Positions 50,860-64,000 of a stretch of 64,000 nt of DNA are shown here, piece after piece; positions within the stretch are counted from its first letter, which is position 1; the number at the start of each line of letters is the position of its first letter. Source of the stretch: Octopus sinensis (lineage: Eukaryota); the NCBI RefSeq assembly GCF_006345805.1, contig NC_043009.1:15438001-15502000 (forward strand). The letters are read 5' to 3'. The notes below the pieces were generated by a model. That model saw only the letters and a list, made by a program, of their open reading frames with translations. It was not told the DNA's origin and made no database searches. The position numbers were made by a program, and so were the translations under genes.

Positions 50860-51135
50860 GCGTAAGGTCCAATCCGACAACTTTCAGCGATTGACCCTGT
50901 GCTTTTTTAACTGTCATGGCGAAGCTGATTTTGGGAGGGAACTGACGTCTCCGCATGCGGTAGGGGCTGTCTGTTGGGGTTAGCGGAATTTTCGGAATAA
51001 AGACGGTTTCGTTTTTGCCGTGTCTCATGATAATTTGGGCTTCAATGACGTGGTCCATAATTTTTTTTACCACAAGGCGAGTTCCATTGCATAGTGTGGG
51101 CGTGTTGAGATTGCGAAGGCGGATGACAGAGCATA
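50860..51135 (-). mobile_element. Helitron RepHel (PIF1-like helicase) C-terminal fragment
   Basis: LRNLNTPTLCNGTRLVVKK..VIEAQI..G..VFIPKIPLTP..R.QFP..SFAMTVKKAQGQSLKVVGLDL. Confidence 0.9.
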
Positions 51136-52278
51136 TATATATAGAAATCGTACACATTGAATGCTAGTATATGTAGTGTCTATTTTATATTGTTTGAACG
51201 CTAATATGTTGTATTCACTTACTCACCGGAGTTGTTGTTAATTTGGATATTTTTCTAAAATAGTTTTATAATCTCTCGCATTTATGAGCTGTTAATATGA
51301 CACAGAACATGAGACAAGGGATTAAGAGTATTTAATATCTCTTACGAAAACTACATCAGGCCTGTGTGGCAGTTGCATACGAATGGACACACAAACTCAA
51401 AAACACACGCGCATAGTCACAAAGGAAAACATTCACACATAGAGTAAACTAACAAAGACGTTTGGTTTGCATAACTTTATAATTGAACGTGGAATAATCA
51501 CATGCATTTGGTTTGTACAAATTAAGAATCATATAAATCCTACTTCAATTAATGGAATAATGAATTAGATGGGGATTTGCCATTGTATCTAACCTCTTGG
51601 AGGAAATTGCCTTATTTCACAGTTTGTATGGAATACGGTGCATGTCAGTCAGATTTTCTGAATGGAATTCTGACCGAAATATTCACCCGGATGTCTTTAA
51701 TCCGGACCATAACTTGTGTGTGTGTGTGTGTATATGTGTGCCTGTGTACTTGCGTGTTTAATGTTATGTGTGTGAGGGGATGGATAATATTGTTCGATCA
51801 CCTAAATTATCCAATCATTGAATTAGCCTGTAATTGGCTGAGTATGTAACAGAAAGCCTGCAATTAACCCAATTCTCATATAGACAATATTGTATAGTCA
51901 GGTTCAAAGCAAAATCTACCCAATATACTTCAGCACATTTTCTCTCTTCTTAGTTTCATTCATATAGTATGGGTCATATTGAGACAGGATATTTGACTTT
52001 GTGACTGCAAAGCCAACTTTTTAAGCAATTTCCCAAGCTGCGCCCGTTCAAGTATAGCATGCATAGGTACAAACGTGTGACAACTTCAGGTGTTTCTGAA
52101 TCTGTAAGAATGCAATTCACTATATTTTGTCATCATAAATATTTTGTTGCTGTATAGAAATAAGGATGAATATATAGGAGTGATATTCGAAATGGATAGA
52201 CGGGAGTAAAGGAGAGGAAGGTGTAAGATAATCAATTTTCGATCAAAAATAGTAAAATTAGTTTTTACTCGTTAGAAA

Positions 52279-52382
<104 letters not shown>

Positions 52383-54025
52383 ATCTAATTATAAAATCTA
52401 GGGACGGCGAGTGAAGTGGGAGATAGTAGTATTAACTTAAATCTGAGATTATATGAGTGCGTAGTAGCTCGCTTGTGTATATATGTTGTGCGTCTGTAAA
52501 ATCTATAAGATGTGTATTGTATATTATCATGTGCAGATGTATGTGGAGATAGAAAAATTAGGAGAACTTAAATTATAAATGATAAGGAAAACAGTTTGGG
52601 AATGTAATTTTTTTTTAAGTTTAGGAAATATAAAGGTGTTTAAAAAGTTGTTATTGTAAAGTTATATGTAGAGGGAATTTCTCCAACTGATATCCCTGCT
52701 GTTTCATATATAGTGAATATATGAAGCATCAACGTCATAGACACCCCACACAGTGCCTGTGTGTATTTTTGGTAGTGTGTCTGATATGATAGACCAGCGT
52801 AAACGTCTTTCAGTGATTGTGTGCGAGGTGTGCGAGGTGTGCGGGTGGAATGATGGTGGCATAGGATAAGTTTTTACAAAGAAAACGTATTTAATGAGTT
52901 TACAGAAAAAAATATTAATTGAACCATGCAAAGCCTAGAGATCTATATCCGGAGAGTAAAATTAAGTCAAATAATGAAAAGTAGCGTATTCATATATCAG
53001 AAATGTCGAGAGACAGACCTATTTGGATATGCTGAGCGACAGACGTGTTACTTCCGAGCCGGATATCGTGGATAGTTACCGTGAATTGGTTTGCCAAATG
53101 ACAGCAGGATTATTAGATAAAAGACGTTCAAAGAAAAATAAATGGTGTAGATTTGTGTCAGCAGTTGACGTTAGAAGAGATGCAGTTCAATTAAGTAGTC
53201 AATAGAAACTGTTGGATACAGTAAGGGAGGTAATGCAACGGACAGGTGTTACAACTAATTCCAGGAACAAGGGATGGTCCAGATCTCAACCCAATCAATC
53301 TCTAGTTCCTGGACTCCTTTGTCTCTCAGTAATAGACCAGTAATTCCCTTAGTTTATATATGTATGTTTCAAAATTTATGCGTGTGCGCATGTTAATAGA
53401 TGTCTATGAATGAGTGTGTTCTTCGGTCCAAATTCTTTTTTCTTCTTAACAAAGCACTACAGCAATTTGCTTCTTATATCAATACATCAGGAGTCTATAA
53501 AGATTTGCTTATGTTCTATGTATTGCACGTTTGTTGTTATAATGGAAGCTTCTAGATAATATATTGGAAGCAATACCAGAACGGCTACGTTAATACGCAC
53601 ACAGACAATTTGCTTTATTGCAAAAGTGTCAGCGTTTTAAGTAGGTTTTCACAACAAAAATGTCATTCTGTTTGAATTAAAGATCTAAAGACATTTCGTT
53701 CCTTGGAAACCGTTTCGTATTCAGAGCTACCACATCATTGTTTTAAGCTTCTATGGAAGTTTTATTCATCTTCGCAACATTCTTTTCAACTCTGGCTCTA
53801 TTTACTTGGGTATTCGTTGTTAAGTGTTTGACGTAAACATTTATTGTTAATTCTAATGTTTAATTAATTTTCGACCAACAGAAATAAATCACATAAACCT
53901 AACACGTATTTCTTCAATTGTTTCCTGTCTAGCACTGTAAAGTGTATAGAAAGATACATTTATCATTGTCGACATGTTTATATACCTTCATTCACAGGCA
54001 CACTCTCTCACCGTATATGTATGTT

Positions 54026-54075
<50 letters not shown>

Positions 54076-54715
54076 CACATATTCACAAACACTCATATAA
54101 AGTATATATAAGTATACAACTATTCATGTATGCATATACATATATATATATATACATATATATGTGTGTGTGAACATGTATATATATATAAATGTGAGTG
54201 AGTGGGCGGGTTTGCGTGGGAATGTGTGTTTGTATGTGTATGTATGTGTGTGTATGTGTGTGTGTGTGTATGTGTGTGTGTGTAATATAGGTGAGTGAAC
54301 ATTAATGCAACTAGTAGTGGGTATCAAGAATTTTGTGCCTATGTGAGTTAAACTATCTGGAATAATTTACCAAGATAATAGTAGGCCGAGTAAATAGGAT
54401 TTGTAGAGATGTTTAGATCAGTTCAAATAAATAAGGAGAATTACGCATCTACGCACTTTTTATTATCACAGTCGTTTATATAAAATATCTAAATTAATGT
54501 TTCTGCATACATTGATATCTCAAAATGAGGTTTTCATTTGCCAGTTGCTTGTTCATCTGCATACCGATTACATTCAGCTTAATTCAAAGTGTTGCCACTA
54601 TTAAATTTGAACATCTATGTGCGTTTATGTGTATGTCTATGCATGTGTATGTGTGTGTATATATATGTGTCTGTGTGTATGTAAATATATATATATATAT
54701 ATATATATATACAAC

Positions 54716-54826
54716 TTATAAACAAGGACAAAAGAAAATTATTTCTTTGCCAATATGCTGATAACAGACTTATAAATCGTCAATTTTCACATGTTATTAA
54801 TCATTTTCTTTTGCCCTTGTTTATAA
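54716..54826. mobile_element. Small MITE-like element, 111 bp, 24-bp TIRs (1 mismatch)
   Basis: ttataaacaaggacaaaagaaaat (54716-54739) versus attttcttttgcccttgtttataa (54803-54826). Confidence 0.6.
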
Positions 54827-54875
54827 ATTATAACGTAGTTTTTTTAATGAAATATTAGCTATATTAGTAGTATAC

Positions 54876-54909
<34 letters not shown>

Positions 54910-55189
54910 GATGCTGTATGTAGGACAGACGGGACGCCGGTTGTCCGACCGTTTCACTGAACACTTGAGGGACGTTCGCCTACACTCTCTTTCTCCCGTC
55001 GCACGCCACTTCCGCTCGGCCGGCCATTCCCTAGATGACATCTCAGTGTTTGGTCTCGCCCCACACCATGGTCGCCCACTTTCCAGGCTCCACTTGGAGC
55101 AACGCTACATCTTCACCCTACAAACTACCACCCCACACGGACTTAACACAGCCCCCTCCTCTTGAGATCCGTTTTTTTTTTTTTTTTTT

Positions 55190-57400
55190 GGACACACCAC
55201 CCACACACACCCACCCACCTACATCCCACACGCACACACCCACCCACCTACCTCCCACACCCACACGCCTGTTCACACACACATACGTAGACCCATCTAC
55301 GTACATACATTCACACATTTAATCACACACACTTACAGACATACTAACACACACTAACATACAAACCAACATGCACATACACACACACATACATACATAC
55401 GCACACACATACATACTTAGACACACACACACACACACAGACATACATACACACATACACACACACATACATACGCACATACATACACACACACTCACAC
55501 ACACACACCGCACGTACATACTTCACACACACACATGCAAACATACATGTAGGCACATACATACATACATACCTACACATGCACACCCTTACACTGAATG
55601 CACACACACATACACCTTTTTGCATCCAGGCAGCCCCCCCTCTTTTCTGCTTTCCGGTTTTGGCTGATGGATCCTCGGTTCCCGCGTAGCGGGGCGTTCG
55701 AGGGCGTTTGCGCTCGCGCTGGGGGCTTGGTCGGCCTTGGCGCGCGCTGGGGGCTTGGTCGGCCCCTTGGGCTTGCGTTGTACTGCTTGTGCGTTGTGTG
55801 CGTGGGCGCGCTTCGTGTATGTGGGATGCTTCGGATGTGCGCGTGCGTATGTATGCATACATACCCACACACTCGCATGCATCCCTACCCACATACATAC
55901 ACGCACACCTACTCACACACACACATACACACACATACCTGCACACACACGCACACATACATACATACACATACATACCTACTTCAGACATACACACACA
56001 CAGACATACACCCATACACTCACACTCACACGCATACACACACACACATACACACGCACACGTACACATACACACACACACACACACCTACATACATACA
56101 TTACACTTGTATACACACACACTTACATTCATACACACACACACCTACACAGCCATACCCTCACTCAGACACACACATCTACCTACTCACACACACAAAC
56201 ACACATGGACACACACCCATACATACATACATCTACACACACACGCCTACACACATACATACACACATACATAAACACACACTCATACACATATACACAC
56301 ATACGCACACACACATATACTTATACACATGCACACACACACATACATACATACACCCATATACATACACACACACACATACCCACATACTCCTATACGC
56401 ACATACATACACACAGACATACACACATACACACTCACACAAACATACACACACACATACTTACACACACACTCACCTGCACGCGCACACACATGCATGA
56501 CAAACACCCATACACTCACACTCACATACGCACACACCAACATAAACACGCACACGCACACGCACACACACACATACACTCCCACACACATACACACGCA
56601 CCTACATACACACACGCACGCATACACACGCAAACACACATACATTACACACGTACACACACACCTACATACACATGCATACACACACACACACACAAAC
56701 ATGCACGGACACACCCAGACATACACACATACACCTATATACACACGCCCACACACCTACATACACACACATATACACACGCCCACACACCTACATACAC
56801 ACACATACATACACACACATACACGGACACACCCATACATACTTACATACATACACCTATACACACACGCCTACACACCTACATACACACACATGCATAC
56901 ACACACACACATATACGCACACACACACACATATACGCACATACATATATACCCACAAACATGCACACACACACACACATACGCACATGCATGCATGCAT
57001 GCATGCACACGCGCACACCTACACGCATACACACACACACACGCACGTACACATACATACATACACACACGCATACATACACCCATACACATACATGCAT
57101 CCTACACACACATACATACACACTCACACATACATACACACACACACACTCACTCACACACTTGTATGTACGCGCACACACATGCACATACACACACTTC
57201 CCCACACCCACACGTACATACATACACACTCACACACATACACACACACATACACACGCACACGTACACATACACACACACATACATACTCACATACATT
57301 CATCGGACACACTGCCACCCGGACATACACACAGACACACTCACACATCCACACACATACATACTTACGCACATACTCGCAGGCTCGCGCACGCACGCGC
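55190..57400. repeat. ~2.2-kb degenerate CA/CATA-rich simple repeat with GC-rich inserts
   Basis: Mixed (CA)n/(CATA)n/(CACG)n; source of the spurious 685-aa, 429-aa and 300-aa HT-rich ORFs. Confidence 0.95.
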
Positions 57401-58105
57401 TTGCGCCGGTTCGCGTACGCATACGCTCCGCAGGCACCTCGCTCTTGGAACCGACAAGACCTCCCGCCCGTTCCTGGGACCGTCGCGTGTCGTTGGGTTT
57501 TCCCACGCCCGCCTCCGCGGGACCACTCTTCCATCTTCCCCTCAGCTGGAGTCCTTTTTCCTTAACCCCCCCCCTTTTTCGTTACACACGCGCGCACACA
57601 TATACACACATTGCTTAAATATATACATTACTCTTACACACATTCAATCTACTCGCCATTTATACCAACACGACACTGGACACACACACACACTACTACT
57701 CAACACACGCTGGCACGCTACTTACGCCCCCACCCCTTCCCCTCCCTCCCTTCCTCCTTCCTTCTTTTTCTTACTACTGACCTTTGTCTGCTAAGCTGAC
57801 CACTAGTCTCGCCCTACCTCACACGCCTACACACAGACGCACACACTAACACACACATATATATTTTTTTGTTTTTTCATCTCGCCTCACACACACACAT
57901 ACACACACGCACACACTCACACATACACACACATCTGTTGCGTTACCAACCTTGTCTCCACTCTTTTGCCTTTAAAAACCCACTTTGCTCTGTTTTCGTA
58001 AACATCCGCCTTTCACCATGTGCAACTCGTAAACACCAGTCGTCTTTTTTCTCTTTCCCTGTTGCCCGCTCTGGGATCTTTCTTTCCTCTCTCTTCCTTC
58101 TTTAT

Positions 58106-58140
58106 GTTTCCGACGAAGAGCTCCGCTCGAAACGTCATAC
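58106..58140 (+). ncRNA. Minimal hammerhead-like motif (family A)
   Basis: GUUU-CCGACGA-A-GAGC(UCC)GCUC-GAAAC-GUC-AUAC. Confidence 0.62.
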
Positions 58141-58226
58141 CTCCCTGCTTCCTTTTCCTGAGCGCCTATTAATAATAATACTGTAATTATTCCATTGTTG
58201 TTGTTTTTTTGTTTCCCGTTTGGATT

Positions 58227-58292
<66 letters not shown>

Positions 58293-59212
58293 TATATATA
58301 TATATCTTTCCGGCTTCGGCGCACCAAAACAAAAACATTTGAAATATACCACCAAATATAATTGATACAACTGTATACATGCTCTCTCTAGTGAGGACGT
58401 GTCGTGTATAGTTCTGTAAATTATATGTTACATGTCGTGCACACTGATGACTTGCGCACATTTACGTAACGTAAATGGTAACAATGAAATCTAGGTATGT
58501 GACAGATCACTAAATTTTGTACCTTTTCATTTGTCTTGCTCGCTTTACGTTATAGCGTTTCCCGAAATTTCTTGAGTACAATGTTTCTTAGTGGTCAGAC
58601 CATATGGGGTCTACTTTTAACATATTAGGAATCTACCTAGTGGTCATTCCTATTATATGTATGTAATATAATTTTTCTGAATCTTGGGATTTTTTAAATA
58701 TGCTAGGCTACTGATTTAAATTAATATTAATTCAATTAATATTAATCTTTACCCTCGTTTAAATTTATAAAACTAAGGAGCGAATATTCAGATGTGTATG
58801 TTCATAAAGATATTATTATTAATATTATTATCTTCGTTAAATATAATATATCGATAATAATAATAATAACAATAACATAGATAGTTATGCATCAAATTAG
58901 CACTAAACCAAAGGACACACTGTGCGTCTAATCTGGAATAGGAGTCAAAACCCCAATGGACCACCTTAAGCACTGAACATATTACAGAGAACAACAATTA
59001 GCGGGCGAACGGTTAAAGAATTAAAAGCATATCATTAAAGATAGTGCCATTAGAATATTCGTGTACCATGGTTTCAATTTTTGTCTCACGGATCACACAT
59101 ATATTCAGCATGATTTACCGAGAGAAGAAAATTCAGAACACATCATGTTGGAACTATGGCGGCGTTCTGATTTGTTATGCGCCAAACGCAGGGACCATAT
59201 TATCTAAGTTAA

Positions 59213-59234
59213 TATAATATATTGATAATAATAG

Positions 59235-59309
<75 letters not shown>

Positions 59310-59334
59310 TTGCTATTATTATCAATATATTATA
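59213..59334. repeat. Palindrome centred on a (TA)n tract with 24-bp unique inverted flanks
   Basis: tataatatattgataataatagca (59213-59236) and tgctattattatcaatatattata (59311-59334). Confidence 0.93.
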
Positions 59335-59465
59335 ATTAACGTAGATAATATTAACAATTATAAACTCTCAGCGAACATATATATATATATATTATATATA
59401 TATATATATACATACATACATACATAATACATACACACACGTACATACATACATGCATATATACA

Positions 59466-59497
<32 letters not shown>

Positions 59498-60189
59498 CTC
59501 TGTATATGATTTAACTTATTGAACACAGTTCAACAAATTCGTTCATATTTATGTAATGGAGGAGTTTAGATGTTAAAATGGATTATAGTTTTTATTACTC
59601 ATGTTGCTATATGGTTTGTTTCATACAAAATGACATATATGTTCATAATAGAAAATCGGAAAAATCGGAAAAATCAACGTTCTTACAAAATTAACAATAG
59701 ATCCTGTAGGTTACGCCTGAAAAAAAAACTATAAAATAATGAATATGAAAAGGAATCTAGTTAATAAGAGGGATGAAAAAGATTTTACATTAAACACGTG
59801 ACAACATTCCTACTTATTAATCTAAAATGATATAACAATATTATTTAATAATATTATTTGATATCACACTATAATCTTCAATTCAATTTTTGAAAATATA
59901 ACTATTGAACACATAGAGACATCCTGTTAAAAATGTATACGATCAGACTATATTCTGAAGGTGCGTACATGTGTATCTTCTTTCTGACAGCACATACAGT
60001 CGAACTAAACATCCGGCTCTTGGATTCAAGATATTTGTATGTCTAAAAAACGCTAGAGGAGTAGTAAAGGAAAAAAAACACAAATAAATGGGAAGTATAT
60101 AACGAAAAATATGTAAATAAGAAATGTAAAAAATATATAACTAGTGAATACGAAATGTAAAAATAAAATTAATGTTTCAATTATATATG

Positions 60190-61404
60190 ATGATAGATAT
60201 CACTTATATGGATTAAAGGTGTGTTTCTGCCAATGTTCACATCGATATGCACGCTCTATAACCGTGTTTACAAGGGGAATTTTAGAAAAAAGAATAAAGA
60301 ATAGTTCAGAATTACAGAGAAGACATATTTCCTTGCCTTTATCATAATGGATCGAAATTGAGAGAATAAACCAATCTAAATTAAAATGTTTATTGTGGTA
60401 TTTTAGATAATAAATTAATTTACTAAGCTCTGTACTGTTACGTTTATTCATATCCCTAAATGTAGAGTAATGATTAGAAATCCTTTTAGATAACTGAGAA
60501 GAGGAACTACCTATATATAAAATACATTGTTACCTCAAGTACGTTCACACTAGTATATAGAATATTTAAATTTAGAGTTAGTTGACATAAACTTGATTCT
60601 ATTGTAATTGACGTCAGATACAATAACCTTGTTATTAATATTTCTAGGGGGATGGATGATATTAGCTAAATTAATGTTAGTATTAGTAAATGTATCCCTA
60701 TTTAACAGGCTAATATTATGTGAGGAGATAACTTGTAAGAGATATTTTGTGTTGGAAAACCCAATCCTAGCGGTGTGTGAGTTGATAATAGTATAATACC
60801 TAGAATTTGTTGGAAAATTCCTAATAATAGCTCCATGAAACTGCAAAGGAAGATTAGATTTAATTTGTCTCCCATAAGGAATAAATAACCAAACAGTTTT
60901 ACTATTAGTTACCTTATTTTTAGTGTAACTATCTTTGAAAGACATAAATCTACCTTTAGAATTAAAAAATGGGTTTAAATAAGGGTTATCTCCCTTCCTC
61001 TGTTTGTTGTTGGCGTATAAATAAAAATTGATATCGTTTATATCCTTACAACTAGATTTCATGTCTCCATTACTAAAGGTAGAATAAGATTGAATGGAAT
61101 TAATGTAGGTAACTTTCTCTGTATAACCTGCATTAAGTAAAGCAGAGTTATAAAACTCGGCCTTATGATTGAAGTCGTCAACATCATCAGATAACTTAGA
61201 CAATCTAAATGAAATATGTTTATCTAAGTTTCTAGTAATTGCCCTAGAATAATTACTGAATTTACTAATATACTTAAGATTGATCGATGGTTTGTAGTAT
61301 GAGAAGTACGAATGATTGTGTAAGTTAAATGTAATATCTAAAATGTTGGCATTCGTTAAATCATCATCAAAAAGGATGCGGAAGTAAAAGAATTTAAATA
61401 ACAC
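60190..61404 (-). mobile_element. Penelope-like element 3' part (RT thumb/linker plus GIY-YIG C-terminus), AT-rich subfamily
   Basis: 284-aa ORF NILDITFNL..Y..YYKP..YISKFSNY..I..RLSKLS..F..Y..AL..GY; ORF 60200..60451 KRNSTELSKLIYYLK..LDWFIL..ICLLCNSE. Confidence 0.88.
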
Positions 61405-62235
61405 CTGCGTTTAACTGCATTTATTCACTTATATGTATTATACAAAATATTTCACGTAAACCCGGAGTTTCTATCTTTAAAAACAAGGAGTTACACCATT
61501 TTTACTTGTGTGATTTTTTGCTACACTGGTAAATATTTATCTATTTTTCCCGTGTTAATTGTTAACAAGGGGCAAATACACACATCTATATATATATTAC
61601 CTTCTATGATTATGAAATAAGTTAGTCACAAATAAACTCAGTTCTTTTGGAATCTCTCTTGCAGGAAGTCCCTCACTGACTGTACATTTAAGTATATTTT
61701 GGGTTGCATGCACAACTGAACACATACAGCGCAGCAGAAATATGTGTCGCTCATTTTAACTCACTAATTATGCTTTATAAGTAACAGTTAAATATAAAAT
61801 AAATTTTAAGATTATACCAGTCTCCGTATTTTTTCCAATCGTTTGGGAATTTACAACATCCGAAAATATTCATAATCCAGAGAGACGAACCTGCATTTGC
61901 CCATCGAAAGAATTACAGCGGAATTGCTCACGCTAAGCGATTATTGATGTTTATTAGTATTTGATGTGGTTAGCCGGAACCTGGAACATATCTGAGAGCA
62001 ATTATGGGAGCCACCTGGATAATTTATCCTAATGTATTCATATATGTGTGTATGTGTGCGTGTGTGTGCGTACATACATATACATATATATGTAAACATA
62101 CATACATAAATATACTTGTATGAATTTATATATATATACATGTATATGGATATGTGTCAATCCATCAATATACATATCTATATATGGATATATATGTATG
62201 TATTTATATATGTATGTATGTATGTATGTATGTGA

Positions 62236-62545
62236 ATGCGCGTGGCTTAGTGTTTAAGGCATTCAGCTTACGATCGTAAGGTCGTGAGTTCAATTCCCGG
62301 CGACGCATTGTGTCCTTGAGCAAGACACTTTATTTCACATTTCTCCACCATTAAGCTGGCCAAAATGAGTAGTACCTGCATTTCAAAGGGCCAGCCTTGT
62401 CACACTCAGTGTCACGTTGAATTTCCATGAGAACTACGCAATAGGTACACGTGATCGTGACTTGCTCAGCTACTTGTACGCTTAATTTCACGAGCAAGCT
62501 GTTCCGTTGATTGTATCAGCGGGGAACCTCGTCGTCGTAACCGAC
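62236..62545 (+). mobile_element. tRNA-derived SINE family 3, near full length
   Basis: A-box tggcttagtgt, B-box gagttcaattcc, then gtgtccttgagcaagacacttta, ending at gtcgtcgtaaccgacagagtgc followed by (TATG)n. Confidence 0.85.
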
Positions 62546-62674
62546 AGAGTGCTTCTCCTATGTATGTATGTATGTATGTATGTATGTATGTATGTATGTA
62601 TGTACGTATGCATGCATGCATGCATGCATGTATGTACGTATGTATGCATGCATGTATGCATGTATGTATGTACT

Positions 62675-62959
62675 TATGTAAACATGTTTGGATGTGCGTC
62701 CATCTGTCATTTGTCCAACATGGCCAGACCATTTCATTTGGTTTTCCGGAATCATTGCTCTAATTGAAGTGATGCCTGCAGCCGCAAAGGCAAACTTACT
62801 GGAGTAAAAAAACCAGAAAAAAAGTCCTTTAATATATAAAATGCAATGAAGGCAATTTTGGTGGAATTGTCCTACCAATTTAAAATGCCTTTTATTACAC
62901 ATCCATGTTTCAGAAGCATACAACAGTGATGGTAAGACAAGCGATTTGTAAAGAGCCAA
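62675..62959 (-). mobile_element. RTE-clade LINE fragment (post-RT region)
   Basis: LYKSLVLPSLLYASETW..RHFK..QFHQNCLHCIL.I..GITSI.AMI..QMKWSGHVGQMTDGR. Confidence 0.88.
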
Positions 62960-62984
62960 TTGTGTGTTCTTGGCGCCAAAGTTA

Positions 62985-63670
62985 TGACTCTGAAAAACAA
63001 AATGAGATGGTCTGCTCCTATTGTTCGAATGACAGATAGACGCACACGCAAACAGCTGTTTTATGGCGAGCTTGCAGAGGAGAAACTCTATCGGTGTAAT
63101 CCTAAAAATAAGATGAAGGATGGCATAAGTACTACTATAAAGTCATTTGGAATGGATCAAGAGGACATAGAAATCCTTTCTTCAGATCGGGCTCGATAGC
63201 GAACAAAAGTGTGAAGTGGAGGGAAAGCATTCGAAGAGGCCAGGACAAAGCATGCAAGACTGAAGAGATATTTAAAGAAGAATGTTACGATCGAAAAGCT
63301 GAATCACATTTGACCTTTTTGTGTGCAGAGTTTGTGACAGATCATGCCTTTCTGTTGCTGGGCTCAAATCTCACTCGTGAATCCATGAAAAACGAACCTC
63401 CATCAACTATTCTGCCTATATATCTCTGCACACCTTTCAACGCTGTGCATGCCATAAGATCTCCAAATCTAACGGAGGTCTGAAAATACATTTTATGATC
63501 CACAAAGATCAGAACGTTTCTGCAGCTCTTGGCGGTTCAAGTCGGATATGCAATCTATGCGGATGTCTTTTCAATACATTGTCTGATTTAAAAAGCCACA
63601 TCAGACGCCATGGTGGATCTTAGGTGTAGGAACAAGAGGTGGTCAGACTCTGCATAAGGTGTACACAACT
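62985..63670 (+). mobile_element. RTE-clade LINE 3' fragment with decayed C2H2-like motifs
   Basis: KMRWSAPIVRMTDRRTRKQLFYGEL..MKD..K.FG..E..SDR; downstream CRVCDRSCLSVAGLKSH and CNLCGCLFNTLSDLKSHIRRH read across stops and frameshifts. Confidence 0.82.
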
Positions 63671-63777
63671 ACCATTTATATATAAGCTAATATTTTGCTT
63701 ACGCTTAGCGCTACTTCTAACCTGTGTTACAGTTCAGTATATACGCACGCACACACGCACAATCATACAGCCACACA

Positions 63778-63848
<71 letters not shown>

Positions 63849-63867
63849 ATACATATATATATGTATA

Positions 63868-63912
<45 letters not shown>

Positions 63913-64000
63913 ATACATACTTTAAATTAAAGCGTTGAGTTAATACATATCGTAACATGAATATAATCTTGTCTAATCTAGGCACAAGTCCCAAAACTTC

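Larger units (their letters stand above)
54908..58232 (+). mobile_element. Penelope-like 3' remnant: GIY-YIG C-terminus, CA-rich 3' region and terminal hammerhead-bearing repeat
   Basis: ORF 54908..55165 YVGQTGRRLSDRFTEHLRDV..PVARHF..HS..EQRYIFTLQTTTPHGLN is the second half of a GIY-YIG domain. The terminus 58040-58232 matches 26345-26525. Continuity through the CA tract is inferred. Confidence 0.7.

Noticed and set aside
55344-57794. Long ORFs of 685, 429, 300, 296 and 247 aa
   Set aside because: They translate (CA)n/(TG)n simple repeats (HT/CV runs), which lack stops by composition and contain no domains.
62236-62310. Possible genuine tRNA genes at the SINE heads (also 16179, 24671, 22580)
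   Set aside because: A/B boxes are present but acceptor and anticodon stems do not close, and each continues into a repeated SINE body.

Overview
AT-rich, microsatellite-dense animal genomic DNA. The tRNA-derived SINEs and repeat spectrum look like Octopus (recognised from memory, not database-verified). No host protein-coding gene can be confidently identified, and almost all long ORFs in the track are (TA)n/(CA)n artefacts or antisense frames. The window is a layered transposon landscape: one near-full-length but inactivated L1/Tx1-clade LINE (8496-13945, minus), two further Tx1 remnants, four Penelope-like (PLE) remnants with hammerhead-ribozyme-like termini, R4/Dong, RTE, CR1/Jockey-type, mariner and Helitron fragments, two MITE-like elements and at least three tRNA-SINE families. 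The most interesting signal is an apparent LINE-SINE system. Two diverged Tx1 elements both abut the same position in the tRNA-like head of SINE family 1; the full one splits a SINE copy with a target-site duplication. The extreme 3' end of that Tx1 is also shared with the tails inside a head-to-tail array of SINE family 2. Several hammerhead-like motifs and long fold-back palindromes lie next to (TA)n tracts.
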